A DNA stretch of 64,000 bases from Cetorhinus maximus (lineage: Eukaryota). This document shows positions 1 through 12,420 of this stretch, piece after piece (the stretch's first letter is position 1; each line of letters begins with the position of its first letter). The notes under the pieces are model-generated. The model was not told where the DNA came from. It did not search any database and saw nothing but the letters and a program-made list of their open reading frames with translations. Made by a program: the position numbers and the translations under genes. The stretch lies in contig NC_135909.1 of NCBI RefSeq assembly GCF_964194155.1, positions 15,128,001 to 15,192,000 on the forward strand, given 5' to 3'.

Positions 1-684
1 ACCGTACCTGCTCTTGCCCCATGAGCATGTATGGCCAAGGAGTGTGGCTCAGAGTATCAGACAAGCCCAGCTTAGGAAGCAGTCAGTGTCTGACCTGTGA
101 CCCTGCTGTGCCGCATATAACTGGGACAAGATCTGTACTTTGCCCTGGTGGATGGTGATGGTTAGGAGTGAGGAGGAGGGGTCTCAGTGCTCACTGTTAC
201 GGTGTGGGGGAAATGGCCGGAGAGTTTTTGTGAGAATGTTTGGCAAGCTGTTGGACATCATCTGTTTAAAGCAGTTCACGTTTTGAACCTCGTGGATTCT
301 GTAATCCATTGGGAGACTCTGAGTAACGTCCACCATCGAGAGCCTGACTTCACATTGAAACTATTACAGAGAAGGGACTGGATTCTGTAGCTTTGTCAGT
401 GGCTCTCAGCTGTCAGGAGCTGGGTTTAAACCCAGTTCTGTCTGCTGGGAGTAGTGGAGGAGGCAGAGGCCTATGTCTGTTCATTGTAAATCAGAAATAA
501 AAGCTGCTGGACAGTGCCAAAATCTCCTGGAGCCCTTGTCCCACCACACAGCCTGTCAGAAATGGTGGATCTCGTGCAGAGGCTACTGGACCATTGTTTT
601 GAAAAATTACATCTCGCATTTACATGGGATAGGCTGTTGTATTAATATGGGAATTAGATGCACTGAAATAGAGTAGAGAGAGCT

Positions 685-1062
685 ATACCCTGTATCTACC
701 CCTGTAATGTAACTGCCCTGGGATTGTTTGATGGGGACAGTGTAGAGGGAGCTTTACTCTGGATCTAACCCCGTGCTGTTCCTGCCCTGGGATTGTTTGA
801 TGGGGACAGTTTAGAGGGAGCTTTACTCTGGATCTAACCCCATGCTGTACCTGTCCTGGGGTGTTTGATGGGGACAGTTTAGAGGGAGCTTTACTCTGTA
901 TCTAACCCCGTGCTGTACCTGTCCTGGGAGTGTTTGATGGGGACAGTGTCGAGGGAGCTTTAGTCTGTATCTAACCCCGTGCTGTACCTGTCCTGGGAGT
1001 GTTTGTTGGCGACAGTGCAGAGGGAGCTTTACTCTGTATCTAACCCTGTGTTGTACCTGTCG
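685..1062. repeat. ~61-bp minisatellite, about 6 copies
   Basis: The unit gggacagtgtagagggagctttactctgtatctaaccccgtgctgtacctgtcctgggagtgtttgat recurs at a ~61-bp period. Confidence 0.9.
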
Positions 1063-1234
1063 TGAGTGAATGGCTCCATACAATTGCAAATCATTTTGCC
1101 TCTGGCCCCTGTGCCTGACCTGCCTGAATTCTGTTCATCTTTGTAACTAAGCATTTTCTCGGATTATGATGCAGAAAAAAAAAAGTCACAGTTCCGATTT
1201 TATTTTTTTTTAAATAATCTTTAGAATTGTCTTC

Positions 1235-1621
1235 CTAAACGGAGTTGGTGTACTTGGTGACCGCTTTGGTGCCTTCGGAGACGGCGTGTTTGGCCAATTC
1301 CCCCGGCAGCATGAGGCGGACGGCGCTCTGGATCTCCCGGGCCGAGATGGTGCGGCGCTTGTTGTAGTGAATGAAGTGCGACGCCTCGGAGGCGATGCGC
1401 TCGAAAATGTCGACAACGAAGGAATTCATAACGCTCATGGCCTTGGACGAGATCCTGGTGGAAGGGTGGACCTGGGTCAGTACCCTGTACACGGAGATGG
1501 AATAGCTCTGCTTGCGAGATTTTCTTCGCTTCTTAGGCGGCTTCTTGGTGACTTTAATCAGCGACTGTTTCGACGCCTTGCGGGACACACAGCCCTTCGT
1601 CGCAGCCGCCAAGTCAGGCAT
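1235..1621 (-). CDS. Divergent histone H2B variant (128 aa)
   Basis: Intact ORF with an H2B fold (QVHP..ISSKAM.VMNSF..DIFERIA.EAS; [21 protein letters not shown]) but many substitutions and a novel N-tail. No 3' stem-loop is visible; AATAAA lies ~30 nt past the stop. Confidence 0.9.
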   Translation of the reverse strand: MPDLAAATKGCVSRKASKQSLIKVTKKPPKKRRKSRKQSYSISVYRVLTQVHPSTRISSKAMSVMNSFVVDIFERIASEASHFIHYNKRRTISAREIQSAVRLMLPGELAKHAVSEGTKAVTKYTNSV

Positions 1622-1679
1622 TGCACTCTACAGAGTTTAAAAATGCGGATTGTAGGCCAGACTGTAATCGGTTCAGAAA

Positions 1680-2084
1680 ATGGTCAGGACCAAGCAAACA
1701 CCGCGCAAATCGACCGGAGGGAAAGCTCCCCGCAAACAGCTGGCTACCAAAGCGGCCCGGAAGAGCGCTCGAGCCACGGGCGGAGTGAAGAAACCTCATC
1801 GATACGAACCCGGCACTGTGGCTCCGAGGGAGATCCGCCGCTACCAGAAGTCCGAGCTGCTAATTCGCAAAGTGGCTTTCCAGAGGCTGGTGCGAGAGAT
1901 CGCTCAGGACTTGGGCGTCTTGCTCGTCCAGGGCTCGGCTGTCATGGCCCTGCAGGAGGCCAGCGAGGCTTACCTGGTGGGGCTCTTTGAGGAAGCCAAA
2001 CAGTGCGCCATCCACGCCAAGCGAGTCACCATCATGCCCGAAGACATCCAGCTGGCACGCCGCATCCGCGGGGAACGCGCCTAA
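1680..2084 (+). CDS. Divergent histone H3 variant (134 aa)
   Basis: Clear H3 ([26 protein letters not shown]...[12 protein letters not shown]) with ~18 substitutions and two single-residue in-frame deletions. The ORF is intact and followed by a perfect stem-loop. Confidence 0.88.
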   Translation: MVRTKQTPRKSTGGKAPRKQLATKAARKSARATGGVKKPHRYEPGTVAPREIRRYQKSELLIRKVAFQRLVREIAQDLGVLLVQGSAVMALQEASEAYLVGLFEEAKQCAIHAKRVTIMPEDIQLARRIRGERA

Positions 2085-2113
2085 AACCCGGCTTCAGCAC
2101 CAAGTACAACAAC

Positions 2114-2129
2114 GGCTCTTTTAAGAGCC
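2114..2129 (+). terminator. Histone 3' stem-loop of H3
   Basis: GGCTCTTTTAAGAGCC consensus, followed by AATAAA at 2142-2147. Confidence 0.95.
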
Positions 2130-2643
2130 ACTAAATCAAAAAATAAAAGATCTGTGACCGGCGTTTAGAACAGAAATTAATTCGGCCGCTCAGACTCGAA
2201 TCTCGTAAGTAATCGGCATAGAATTTAAAGCGTCCCACCCCCATGGGAAGTAAAGAAAATGCTGCCTATACGAGCAATTGAGACCGGAGACAGCCCTTTT
2301 CACAGACTGCGTGCGGGCAGATGCAATTGAATCAGATCCTGTCCGGGCGCAACACTCGCTGTGAAACTCGCTTGTGAATTTCTTCATGTAGCTCTCGTTA
2401 TTGCATCGAATAGATTCGGTACTTTTGACATTGATGGATTTACAGAATGATAATTTCTGATATCCTGTCCATAAATAGTTCACTAACAAAAGCGGGAGAT
2501 GTGTGAGCAGAGAAACAGCGCTATTCAGAGAGGGAACTGAAAACACAAGTTAACAAATCAGAAACAGATAAATCCACCGTTACAATAACTGCATCTCTGA
2601 CTCCCTCCTGACAGTGAGCAGCCCTTTCACTGATCCCGTGAGT

Positions 2644-2659
2644 GGCTCTGGAAAGAGCC
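2644..2659 (-). terminator. Histone 3' stem-loop of H2A (loop TTCC) with downstream purine-rich HDE
   Basis: Minus strand reads GGCTCT-TTCC-AGAGCC, then GAAAGGGCTG ~15 nt downstream. Confidence 0.88.
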
Positions 2660-2689
2660 TTTGGGTTATTAGATCACATTGTGGCCGCT

Positions 2690-3088
<399 letters not shown>

Positions 3089-3134
3089 TCACAAACACTT
3101 TCACAAAGGATGAGGAAATCGTCTCACATTCGCT

Positions 3135-3340
3135 TCTCTTTTATCTTCGGGAGGAATGGTGGTGCGGGCATTGCTGATTGGTCACTTTGTGCTGCGTCTC
3201 ATAATGTTGTTCATATCACCAATCAGATATCTACTGAACTCACCAATCCGGAGACTCTACGGAGTGAGGGCGGAAAATAACGGCGCCAAATTATCAGATT
3301 CCAACCTTTTTTATTTCAAATGCTGAAAGCCCGCCAAAAT
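3135..3340 (-). promoter_or_regulatory. H2A promoter: TATA-like GATAAAA, CCAAT boxes, E2F-like sites
   Basis: Minus GATAAAAG at ~3139-3146; CCAAT at 3177-3181, 3219-3223 and 3243-3247; TTTGGCGCC/TTTGGCGGG on the minus strand at ~3282-3290 and ~3330-3338. Confidence 0.65.
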
Positions 3341-4223
3341 GTTATGCAACGAATAAAGGACACAATATCGTACTAATTGGAAATAGGTATTTAGTATGCG
3401 AATGTTGGATGCACTTAATCTCTCTCTCTTTTTCCCTAGTCTACATTTTGTCTGTATCTGTCCGTTTCTGATTTTCGTCCTGGGTTTATCTGTATCTAAA
3501 ACAAGCCCAAAATAACGGCGCCAAATTTACAGAATCCAAACTTTTCTTTTTATTCGACATGGAAAAAACCGCCGATATATTTATAAAACAATAAATAGAT
3601 TTCATATAGAATATCCCATTAATAGTTAACTCGGTCTGACGAAAAAAAATTACAAATATCCGTCCGAGATGGGACTATTTCACATTTTATACCAAGTTCC
3701 AGATTCGCTTTTAGAATCCGGGATCCATTTTGGTTAATTTCAGTCCTTTTTGAAACCCTCTAACCAGCCGGCAGAAAGTCTCATTTTCATACCTCTACAA
3801 ACGGACGGTATATTGTAGATATTCGTGGGAATCAAAAGTGAACATTTTTGGTGTAAATTTGCCAGCGTTGTGACTGAAGGTTCCTGCACAACCGGGGCTG
3901 ATAGGAAATGAACTGATCGATTATTGAGACCAAACTTGACCAGAATTGGAAACTGACGCATTTGCGCTCTATTCTCTCTCTCTCTCCCCAAAGCCAGGGA
4001 AAGGGGCCGAATGTGAACGCGTCTGAGAACAAAGCGCAGTCATGAATTTATGGGGTATTATTAATGAGACCAATAATTGAACGACGGTTCAATCTACATT
4101 ACCGAGAATCGCTGTGATTGAGACGTGATCAAAATAACAATTAGACCATTGGGATAGCTTCATAGTAAAATCATAAATTTAGAAGTAAAGCAATCGTATA
4201 GCTTTTTCAAAGAGATTGTGGGT

Positions 4224-4239
4224 GACTCTTAAAAGAGCC
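4224..4239 (-). terminator. Histone 3' stem-loop of H2B (one G-U pair)
   Basis: Minus strand reads GGCTCTTTTAAGAGTC. Confidence 0.85.
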
Positions 4240-4276
4240 GTTGTGTTTCTGGTGTTTTTCAGTCCATTGTGGGGTT

Positions 4277-4654
4277 TTACTTGGAGCTGGTGTACTTGGT
4301 CACCTCCTTTGTCCCTTCCGACACGGCGTGCTTGGCCAGTTCCCCGGGCAGCAGCAGGCGCACGGCGGTCTGGATCTCCCGGGAGCTGATGGTGCTGCGC
4401 TTGTTGTAATGGGCCAGGCGGGAAGCCTCACCCGCGATGCGCTCGAAAATATCGCTCAGGAACGAGTTCATGATGCTCATGGCCTTGGAGGAGATGCCGG
4501 TGTCGGGGTGAACCTGCTTCATCACTTTGTAGATGTAGATGGAGTAACTTTCTTTCCTGGATCTTTTCCTCTTCTTGCCGCCCTTCGCGGGCAACATTTC
4601 CTGCGCTTTCTTGGCGCCCTTCTTGGAAATCTGCGCTTTCTTCCCGTTGACCAT
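4277..4654 (-). CDS. Histone H2B (likely start MVNGKK at 4654)
   Basis: [27 protein letters not shown]...[24 protein letters not shown] with a few substitutions (V66L, N67S, A117E) and a stem-loop. Confidence 0.93.
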   Translation of the reverse strand: MVNGKKAQISKKGAKKAQEMLPAKGGKKRKRSRKESYSIYIYKVMKQVHPDTGISSKAMSIMNSFLSDIFERIAGEASRLAHYNKRSTISSREIQTAVRLLLPGELAKHAVSEGTKEVTKYTSSK

Positions 4655-4725
4655 GATCACAATCTTCAGACCCAGAATAACTGAAACCGCGGTCGAAACT
4701 CGCATTTTGTTGACGAAACCAGAGG

Positions 4726-4768
4726 CCTATGCTAATGAAGGATGGGTGAATGCCATGTTCCCGATTGG
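4726..4768 (-). promoter_or_regulatory. H2B octamer-like element and CCAAT
   Basis: Minus CTTCATTAGCATAGG resembles the H2B octamer (ATTTGCAT); CCAAT at ~4764-4768; no clear TATA box. Confidence 0.55.
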
Positions 4769-5189
4769 CTATTTCACAATGAGGTCAATTCGTGATGTTT
4801 TACATCTTTCTGATTAGTTAGTTTAAAAACACAATCACATTTATTGGTCCTTCAAGCCACAAAATCTCTCAGCAGTCAAACCTTCCTTTCCCGTTACCCG
4901 CCCCATCCGCCCAAATCCCAGACTTTCTGACTCCCTCTGCCGCACCAGCACATTCTCTATGCTGGGAATACCACATCACTCGATAATCCTGCTGATGCTG
5001 TTCATACATTTTCCCTTCCTCACCAGGACCAACTGCTCTTCTTTACTTCCAACCTTCAGCAGGACAGAGCAGTCCCGAATATTAGGGGTCAGACAGGGGC
5101 TCATGCGGCCTTTGCTGCTCATGTGAGGTGGGAATAAGGTTGATGAGCAGCAGCCGCAAGTCCCACATGTGACATTGATATCGTGGCAA

Positions 5190-5360
5190 TAACAAAATTC
5201 AATATTTCTGACTTCAACCTATTCAGGAAAGATCAGGCAAAAGAAGCAGCACGGGGGTTGAAGAGGGGATTGCATTGATCAAATAATCTATTATAATGCT
5301 TGGGAGGGATGATGTCACTGAGGGGGTCAAACACAAAATCTATTTGGTTATATTTATGGA
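5190..5360 (+). mobile_element. Degraded CR1-like LINE endonuclease fragment
   Basis: Conceptual translation resembles NI..FNLFRKD..G.ALI....DDV.EGS.T.SIWL of the CR1 APE domain. Confidence 0.4.
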
Positions 5361-5899
5361 GCAAGGCAGGAGCTATCCCATAGTATGATCCAAGCATTGT
5401 ATTAAACAATATTCTTTGTCGTTTCTCTGTCAGCTACTTGGTTGTGGGATTCATTCTCTGGCGATTATTATGTGCTTCTTCAGTGAGGCTTACAATCTCT
5501 ATCTCTCGGTCTATTGTCAGTGATGTTGAGATTTAATTCATAACCTGTGTTAGGAGGAAATTAAAAATGCTATCAGAGAATACATCCTTTAGAATAACTG
5601 GTAAGCCAAATCACATGTTTACGTGCTCAATAGGATAAAGTTAGTATGGAACTGGTGTGTAGGTTACCAATTGGATGTATTCAAATAAACTCAGATGTGT
5701 TATGATCAGAAAAAGTACAAAAGTAGTGAAATATAATCAATCAGGGAGTAGGCTCTTCATTGTTATTCTTAGGAATGATTGCGGTTCCCTTGCATATGCT
5801 TGAATAAAACCGGTTAAAAGGAAGCCTGAGCCTCTGTGGTTGTTGTGGGATCGGAGAGTGTAACATCTCCTCTTCACTTGCAACCTCCTAAAAATGTTT

Positions 5900-8800
5900 T
5901 CTTTTTCTCTATAACATTCAGCTTCCAAGTGAGTGTGGCATTTACAATGTGCCTGTCAGTCCCAGTATGTTATTCTGCATTTCATTCAGCATAGGCTGTT
6001 TTTATTTTAATATATTTTTATTATTCCCTTTCTCTCTGTACTTCTCTAGTCTTTGGTATGCCTGTGTGTTTTTTCTCTGCACATGTTAATTTCTGCCAAG
6101 TGAGTGGGCTTTTACTCTGTCCTTGTCAATCTTTGGTATAAGTGTGTGGCATTTTCCCATATCTGTCATTTTATTATTTGGAATGTGTCTCTACAACTGT
6201 TTCTGAAGGCCTCAGTTAGTTTTTATCGTCTGACCCCCATCGAGGTTGATAACCTTTAAAAATATCTCTGAATTCCCGTGACCACCTCAAAGGATCACAC
6301 AACAGGGTTTCACAATTTAAGACCTGTACTTTAGCAAGCTGAACATTGACTAATCGTCACTTAGTCAGTAATTAATACACAGAGATACAGAAAAGATCCC
6401 CCTCCCACTTAAATTCCTAACGTGACTGAAAATCAAATGCCAGTGTATGGTCTGTACTTAATACCTGATAAGTTCTGCTAGCGATCAATGGACTACCTGT
6501 CAGTAACTGATATTGTAACGTGGATTTTAATCTGTATTGATCACTTCCTGGTTTATTATGATGGTATCATTCCCTAACCCTCTGTTTCTGAAATCAAGGA
6601 TTTTTTCTTTCAACTCAGTAGCTGTAAGCCTGTAGTATTTACACGGGATATGTTAATTGCTGTTTTTGCTCTGTACCTACCAGTGTGTGAAAGATCTGGG
6701 TTGTACTCTGTACCTGTCAGACTTGATTAAGTATGGCTGTATGTTTTCATCTACTCCTGCCGAGCTACTGTATGCAGGTGCATTATTTTGTTTTGTTTTT
6801 AGCAGTTTCTGATAAATGAAATTATAATTGTCACTTTCTGCTTCATTGAGTTTTATTTTGCTCTGGACCTGTCAGTTTCTGGCATGTGTGACCTGGATAA
6901 TACTGTACCGAGTGTCACTGGTATGTCAATATGTGCTTTTCCCTGAATCTGTCAGTTTCTGTCACGTTTGTGTTGGCTTTAATTTGAACCAGGGAGTTTC
7001 TGATAAGTGAGTGTGAGTTTGGATCTGTACCTGCCCATTTCTGCTGTGTAACACGTCCTTGGTTTTCACTTTGTGCCTGCTCAACAATGTTATGAGAACC
7101 TGGGCTTTATTGCACATGTCACGTTCAGATGAATGATTGTGAATGATAATCTATACCACTTAGTTTGTTATAGGCATGTCGATTATTTACTTTTTGCCAA
7201 TTTATGTTAAGTGAGTGCTTCTTTTCTTCTGGCCCTGTCATTTCCTGCTGCACTGAATGGTGATTTTACTTTGGATTTGTCAATTGCTGATATGTGAATG
7301 TGGGTTTTCCAATGTACTTGGCAATTTCTGATCTGGAAGAAGGGACTTAACTCTTGTATCAGTTAATTTCTGGCATTTGGATGTGGGATCACTGTTAACC
7401 TGTCAGAGACTGATACATTATTTTGGATTTGCACTTTGCATGTCAGTTTCTAATATTTGAATCTGGATTCTGCTGAGTGCCTGTCAGGTACAGCTATTTA
7501 AGTATACATTTCACTCTGCACATGACAATTTGGAGTATGGATGAAAGACCATTCTTATATACCTTTTATATTCTGGCAAGTTTATTTGGTGCCATTCTGT
7601 ATCTGTCAGTTTATTTTTAGTATCAGTCTATACCTGCCTGTTTCCGATTTCATCCTGTACCTGTCAGTTTTACATTACAGATATGTACTATTCTGTACAT
7701 GTTTTTGGCCCCAATAATATATTGTGGGTTTTGATCCCTATTTCCCTGTCTCTGGGATGTGGTTGTAAATGTAAATATTACTCAGTACTTGATTTGTGAA
7801 AGTGTGCTTTTTTATTTTCCCTGCCTGTTCCTCACATTTGAATGTGGATCTTACCATGTACATCTCAGTTATTGGAATGTGAGTAAGGGTAATTATACTT
7901 TATCTTTAATCTATGCCAAGTAAGTTTGCTCTTTTTTTTCTGTCAGTCTGATCATCATTCAGTGATGTTTAGTTTATGATAAATGTGTTCAAGGTACATT
8001 GTATAACCAGTTACAATATTACTGTGGCTTCAAAAACAGATCAGAGCCTGTCTGCAGCTAGTGATTGACCTCCCAGTCCCCCAAAGCCTTTCCACGACCT
8101 AAAAATCACAAGTCTGGTCAGAGATGGAATATTCTGCACTGGCTTGGATAAGTGCACCTCCAACAACACGGAAGAATCTTGAAAACATCCATAAAGCTGT
8201 GGGTTTGACTTTCTCGCCATTCACCAGCTTAAGCATTTACTCCCTCAACCACTGGTGGACAGTGTGTACCATCTATGAGACACACTGCAACAACTTGCTT
8301 AAGTAGAGTGTAGGACTCAGGCGGTAACTCTCTGTGCAGAATGAGATAAATGGTGTGTGTCTCAGTCTTGGGTGCTTTATATGAAAGAAATTTGAATTGC
8401 GTATTTGGCTGTCTATGGTCAGTGTGAATGTGTGAGGTGAATTATGCACCTGTCAGAACAGAACATGATTTTGTGATTCATGGACTATGTCAGGCTCCAC
8501 TACTGTATGTTAATATGGGGCCAATTCTGCCCCTGCCAGTGTCTGGAAGTGAACGTGAGTTTGACCTTGGTTCTGCAATCATCAGTCTTTTAGTGTCTGA
8601 TTCATACTGTATATATCAGCCTCTGGTGCTGCCTTTATATGTTGTTTTTCTTTTGCACCTGTCAGTCTGTGGTGCTTTGTGGAACTGCAGGGTTAATTCT
8701 ATTAATGTCATTTTCTGATACTGTGTGTGTGTGGAATACATTGTGTATCATCATTGCTCTTATTAATTGAGAAAGTGTGTTTCCTTTTGTGCTTTCACTA

Positions 8801-10050
8801 TCCTGTGTACTGTGATCGTGTTGCATTAATTCTATATTGCCGCATCTTGTATAGTCTGTGAATGTGTGTTTTTCATCTCTGTATTACTCAGTCTCTGTTA
8901 CTGCTTGCAAGAGTGCAATTGATTCGACCTGGTACTATCTGTGAGATTGAGATTCTATCTGAATCTGTCAACATCTGGAGCTAAGTGTGAGCTTGAAGTT
9001 GATACTGACACTGTCAAACATTTTGAGTGGGTTTTTTTTTGTGTGCTAACTTGCGGCAATATTTTGTTACTGTTGGATTGACTCTATGTTTTTCAAACTT
9101 TTTTCTCATGTTTTTGTGCATGCCTGTGGTTTGATTTCTACATTTCAATTGCTGGTACCCTGTATGAAGTTGGATTAATTCAGTACTTTTCAGCTTGTGG
9201 AACATTATGTGAGTGTGGACATGCTTCCAATGTGTGTGTGGATTAACTCAGTTTTCATTAGCACCTTGATGACAGTGAGTATGATTTATTCAAGCTCTCT
9301 CTGTCTATACTATTGCCTGTGAATGTGCTACTCTATTTGTGTTTTTCAGTGCCTGGTGCAGTGCATGAGTTCAAGATTAACTTGTACCTGTCAGTATTTG
9401 GTACTTAATGTCATTGTGAGATTTTTCCTGTATTTTCTAATCTCCATTACTCCATGTTCATGAGATTATTTTTGTATCCTTCGGTTTCAGGTAGTGTAAA
9501 TGACCGTGGTATTTATTATATAGATTTCATCCTGGTTATTTCTATGACCATGGGCCACATTCTGGATCATTCAGCCTCTGGTACAGCAGGTAGATGTAAG
9601 AATAATTCTGTCGTTGTCATTCTCTGACATGTTTTGGAATTCCTTTATTTTCATCAATCTCTTGGGACTAGGTGAATGTGGGATTAATTCTACCTCTTTG
9701 ATTCTCTGGTTATCAGTGTGTGTAGGATTCATTCTGTATCTATGTGTCTCTGGTGCTGTATGTAAGTGGGAGATAATTCTGCCCCTGAACTATACTGGTA
9801 TCATGTTGGAAACTATTTGTTTAACACCCTCTTAATGTATCAATGTATGTTTACCTTGACATTTAATGTATTACATGCAATTGATGTATTTTATAGCCAG
9901 AGGTTACATTCAGTAGTTGTGTGGGAATTGTGAAATGGTATTCAATGTGCAGCTCTGTGAAAACAATTGTGAATGGTAACATACACGTCAATTGGATACA
10001 TATCCTGGTATCTAATTCCTGCAGTTTGTAGTAAAGGAATTGCTGTTGAA
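5900..10050 (+). repeat. Highly degenerate ~40-45-bp satellite-like repeat region
   Basis: Recurrent ctgtacctgtcagt / gtgggattcattctgta motifs throughout a T-rich strand. Confidence 0.5.
8050..8305 (+). mobile_element. Non-LTR retrotransposon RT C-terminal fragment (L2/Crack-like)
   Basis: ORF 8124..8306 MEYSALAWISAPPTT.KNLE.I.KA matches a post-RT LINE motif (MEYxxxxW). Confidence 0.6.
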
Positions 10051-11964
10051 TCGTCTGAATCATGGTGAGATTTTTTTGGATTGGTTTGCAATATGTAGCC
10101 CTGAATAATTGCACATTATTCATTATGTTACAATCAGTTAGTTGTTGTCATTTCTAGCGAAGAGTTTTTATTTAATTTGTGACCAAGGTGACTCAGTGTA
10201 TTTAAATCTGCCACTGGGCGTGTATTTTTTTTAATCCTGTGGTTGATGTTCGCTGGGTTGGTCGGGAATGAAAAAAAATCAGCTTTGTCTGCTCTGTTGA
10301 ATCTGGGATTGAAAAGTTGTCTCTTACCTTGGGAACAGTGTGGGACTGAACACTCATTTTCTTTGTGAGAGTGGATCTAATGAGCTGTCAGTATCTTGTG
10401 CATTGTGAGTGATGCTGTACCTGCTTTGTGTTGGAACTGGCTGGGGAACATTTCCCTTATGTCGAGGAATAATCTGGTTCCTCCAAATATTTGTCTGCAA
10501 AAAAAATAACTAATTTAACCGTAGAATAGATTAAATAAAAGATACAAAAGTTATCAATGTAACCTTTCAAATAACAGTCATTAGGAACCATCGGAAATGG
10601 AAAACCTTCAAACAATGTCTGACTCCACTGCAGTAAGACACCAATCTGCTTCTGCTGACCGGGTGTTTTGAGCGATTTTACAACAATTTTGTGACATTCA
10701 GAAACAGCCCAATCCATGCACTGTTCCCTGAGTTGAGCTGCCCGCTGGAGCTTTTGCTCGAGCCATGTTTCTTATTCCCGCTCCCATTTCAGCTAAGTAT
10801 CCAACCGCAAACAAGCAGCCGCTGATTTAAATGTGTCCTTCACACATCTCACCTGATACCTGCAATAGATTTTGTTTGTACAACTGTTCTAATCGTTTTT
10901 GTGCAGTTATTTTTTTCCACTGTTCTTTGTTCAATAACAACAAACAGTATCGGAAAATGCAAGGTACAGACTGAAATGGCACAGATATATTGTACCAGCG
11001 AATGACAGATACAGAGTGACTTCAACACTCACATTACCAGAAGCGGACAAAAAGAGCAAAATCCTTCCACACGTCCAGTTCCACTGACAGGTTAAGAATG
11101 TGTCCCAGCTGTCTCAGAGTCAGGAAATGAAATATATAGATGGAAAATAACACAGATGCACTGTACCAGAGAATTAGCGATACAAAATAAATCCAACACT
11201 CACATATAGTTCCACTGACAACGTATCGACACTGCCATAGAATAGAGAAGATTGACAGGTTCAGAATGTCTCTCACACGCTCACACAGCACCAGTGAGTG
11301 ATAGATACAGAATGAATCCCACATTCACAAGCTGGACCAGATAAGGGCAGAGAAGAATGTATCGCAGTCACGCATAGAACAGGCTGATGGTTTTATCACA
11401 ACCTTATTACCCCAGCTGGGTACACCAGAATTCAATAAAATGTCATCTCCGCTCTTAGCATTCCTAAATCCCTCCTCCCAGATCCAATAAAATGTGAACA
11501 ATTCTTGTCTGCTGTGTCACCCAATGATTTCTAAACTTCGTTCTACCGGAGTGTGCTGACATCTACTGGTCTTAAGCGAAAACTGCAACAGACGGGAAGA
11601 AATTTTGATGATCAATTTTGCAGAAGCAGGTCAATGCGAGGAATTGGTGGTGGGATCTGATCGGGTAGACAGATAAATGTCAGTAGGAAATCCAATAAAG
11701 AAGTCGGTTTTAACTTATTTTCCCGTATAGTCGGTAGAATTTGGAAGTGTTTATCTTAAGGAGCAGTTCAGACGAATAGCAGAAACATTGTTAAGGGAAA
11801 GCTCGATAAGTATAGGAGGGGGAATGGATTTCAGGGATAAGCAGGTATTGTAACGTGAAGCAGTCTGGCTGGCGGATCTTGCGGAGAAATGTGCCAATTA
11901 GACCAAATGGCTGTTTTATATATGGTGCCTTCTGGGTAGAATGAATGCAGGTTTGCAAAGTATT

Positions 11965-12420
11965 TTCAGAGACAGACAGGTAAAATCGCACATTCACAGA
12001 CAGTAACAAAGACTGACAGAGACAATCACACACTCTCAAACAGTAACAGACACTGACAGACAGATACAATCACACACTCACAGGCTGTAACAGACACTGA
12101 CAGATGCAATCACAATCACAGGCAGTGGCAGAGACTGAGAGTTGCAGTCAAACACTCACAGGCAGTAGGAGAGACTGACAAATACAATCACACACTCACG
12201 GACAGCAACAGAGAGTGACAGGTGCAACCACACTCTCACACACTTTAACAGAGAATGATAGATACAATCACACACTCACCGACAGTACCAAGTACAGACA
12301 GATAAAATCACACAATCACAGTCAGTAACAGAGGCTCGAAAATTCAATCACAAACTCACAGACGGTAACAGACTGACAGACACAATCACGCACTTCCAGA
12401 CAGTAAATTGGACTGACAGA
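11965..12420. repeat. ~40-bp degenerate tandem repeat
   Basis: acagagactgacagatacaatcacacactcacaggcagta repeated about 10 times; it is the reverse-strand relative of the 6-10 kb repeat. Confidence 0.75.

Noticed and set aside
187-676. Short ORFs and the palindrome ctgggtttaaacccag near 420-435
   Set aside because: No recognisable homology or supporting structure.
685-1062. Regular repeats as a possible CRISPR array
   Set aside because: No unique spacers, no cas genes and a vertebrate context.
823-1089. 88-aa repetitive ORF
   Set aside because: Translation of the 61-bp minisatellite.
1286-1990. 234-aa ORF and similar long ORFs at 2642..3280, 4241..4684, 17276..17776, 18491..18805, 20297..20785 and 21568..21882
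   Set aside because: Antisense or alternate-frame shadows of GC-rich histone coding sequence.
4655-4705. 17-aa N-terminal extension of H2B in the ORF track
   Set aside because: It falls in the 5' UTR/promoter; the ATG at 4654 gives a normal H2B length.
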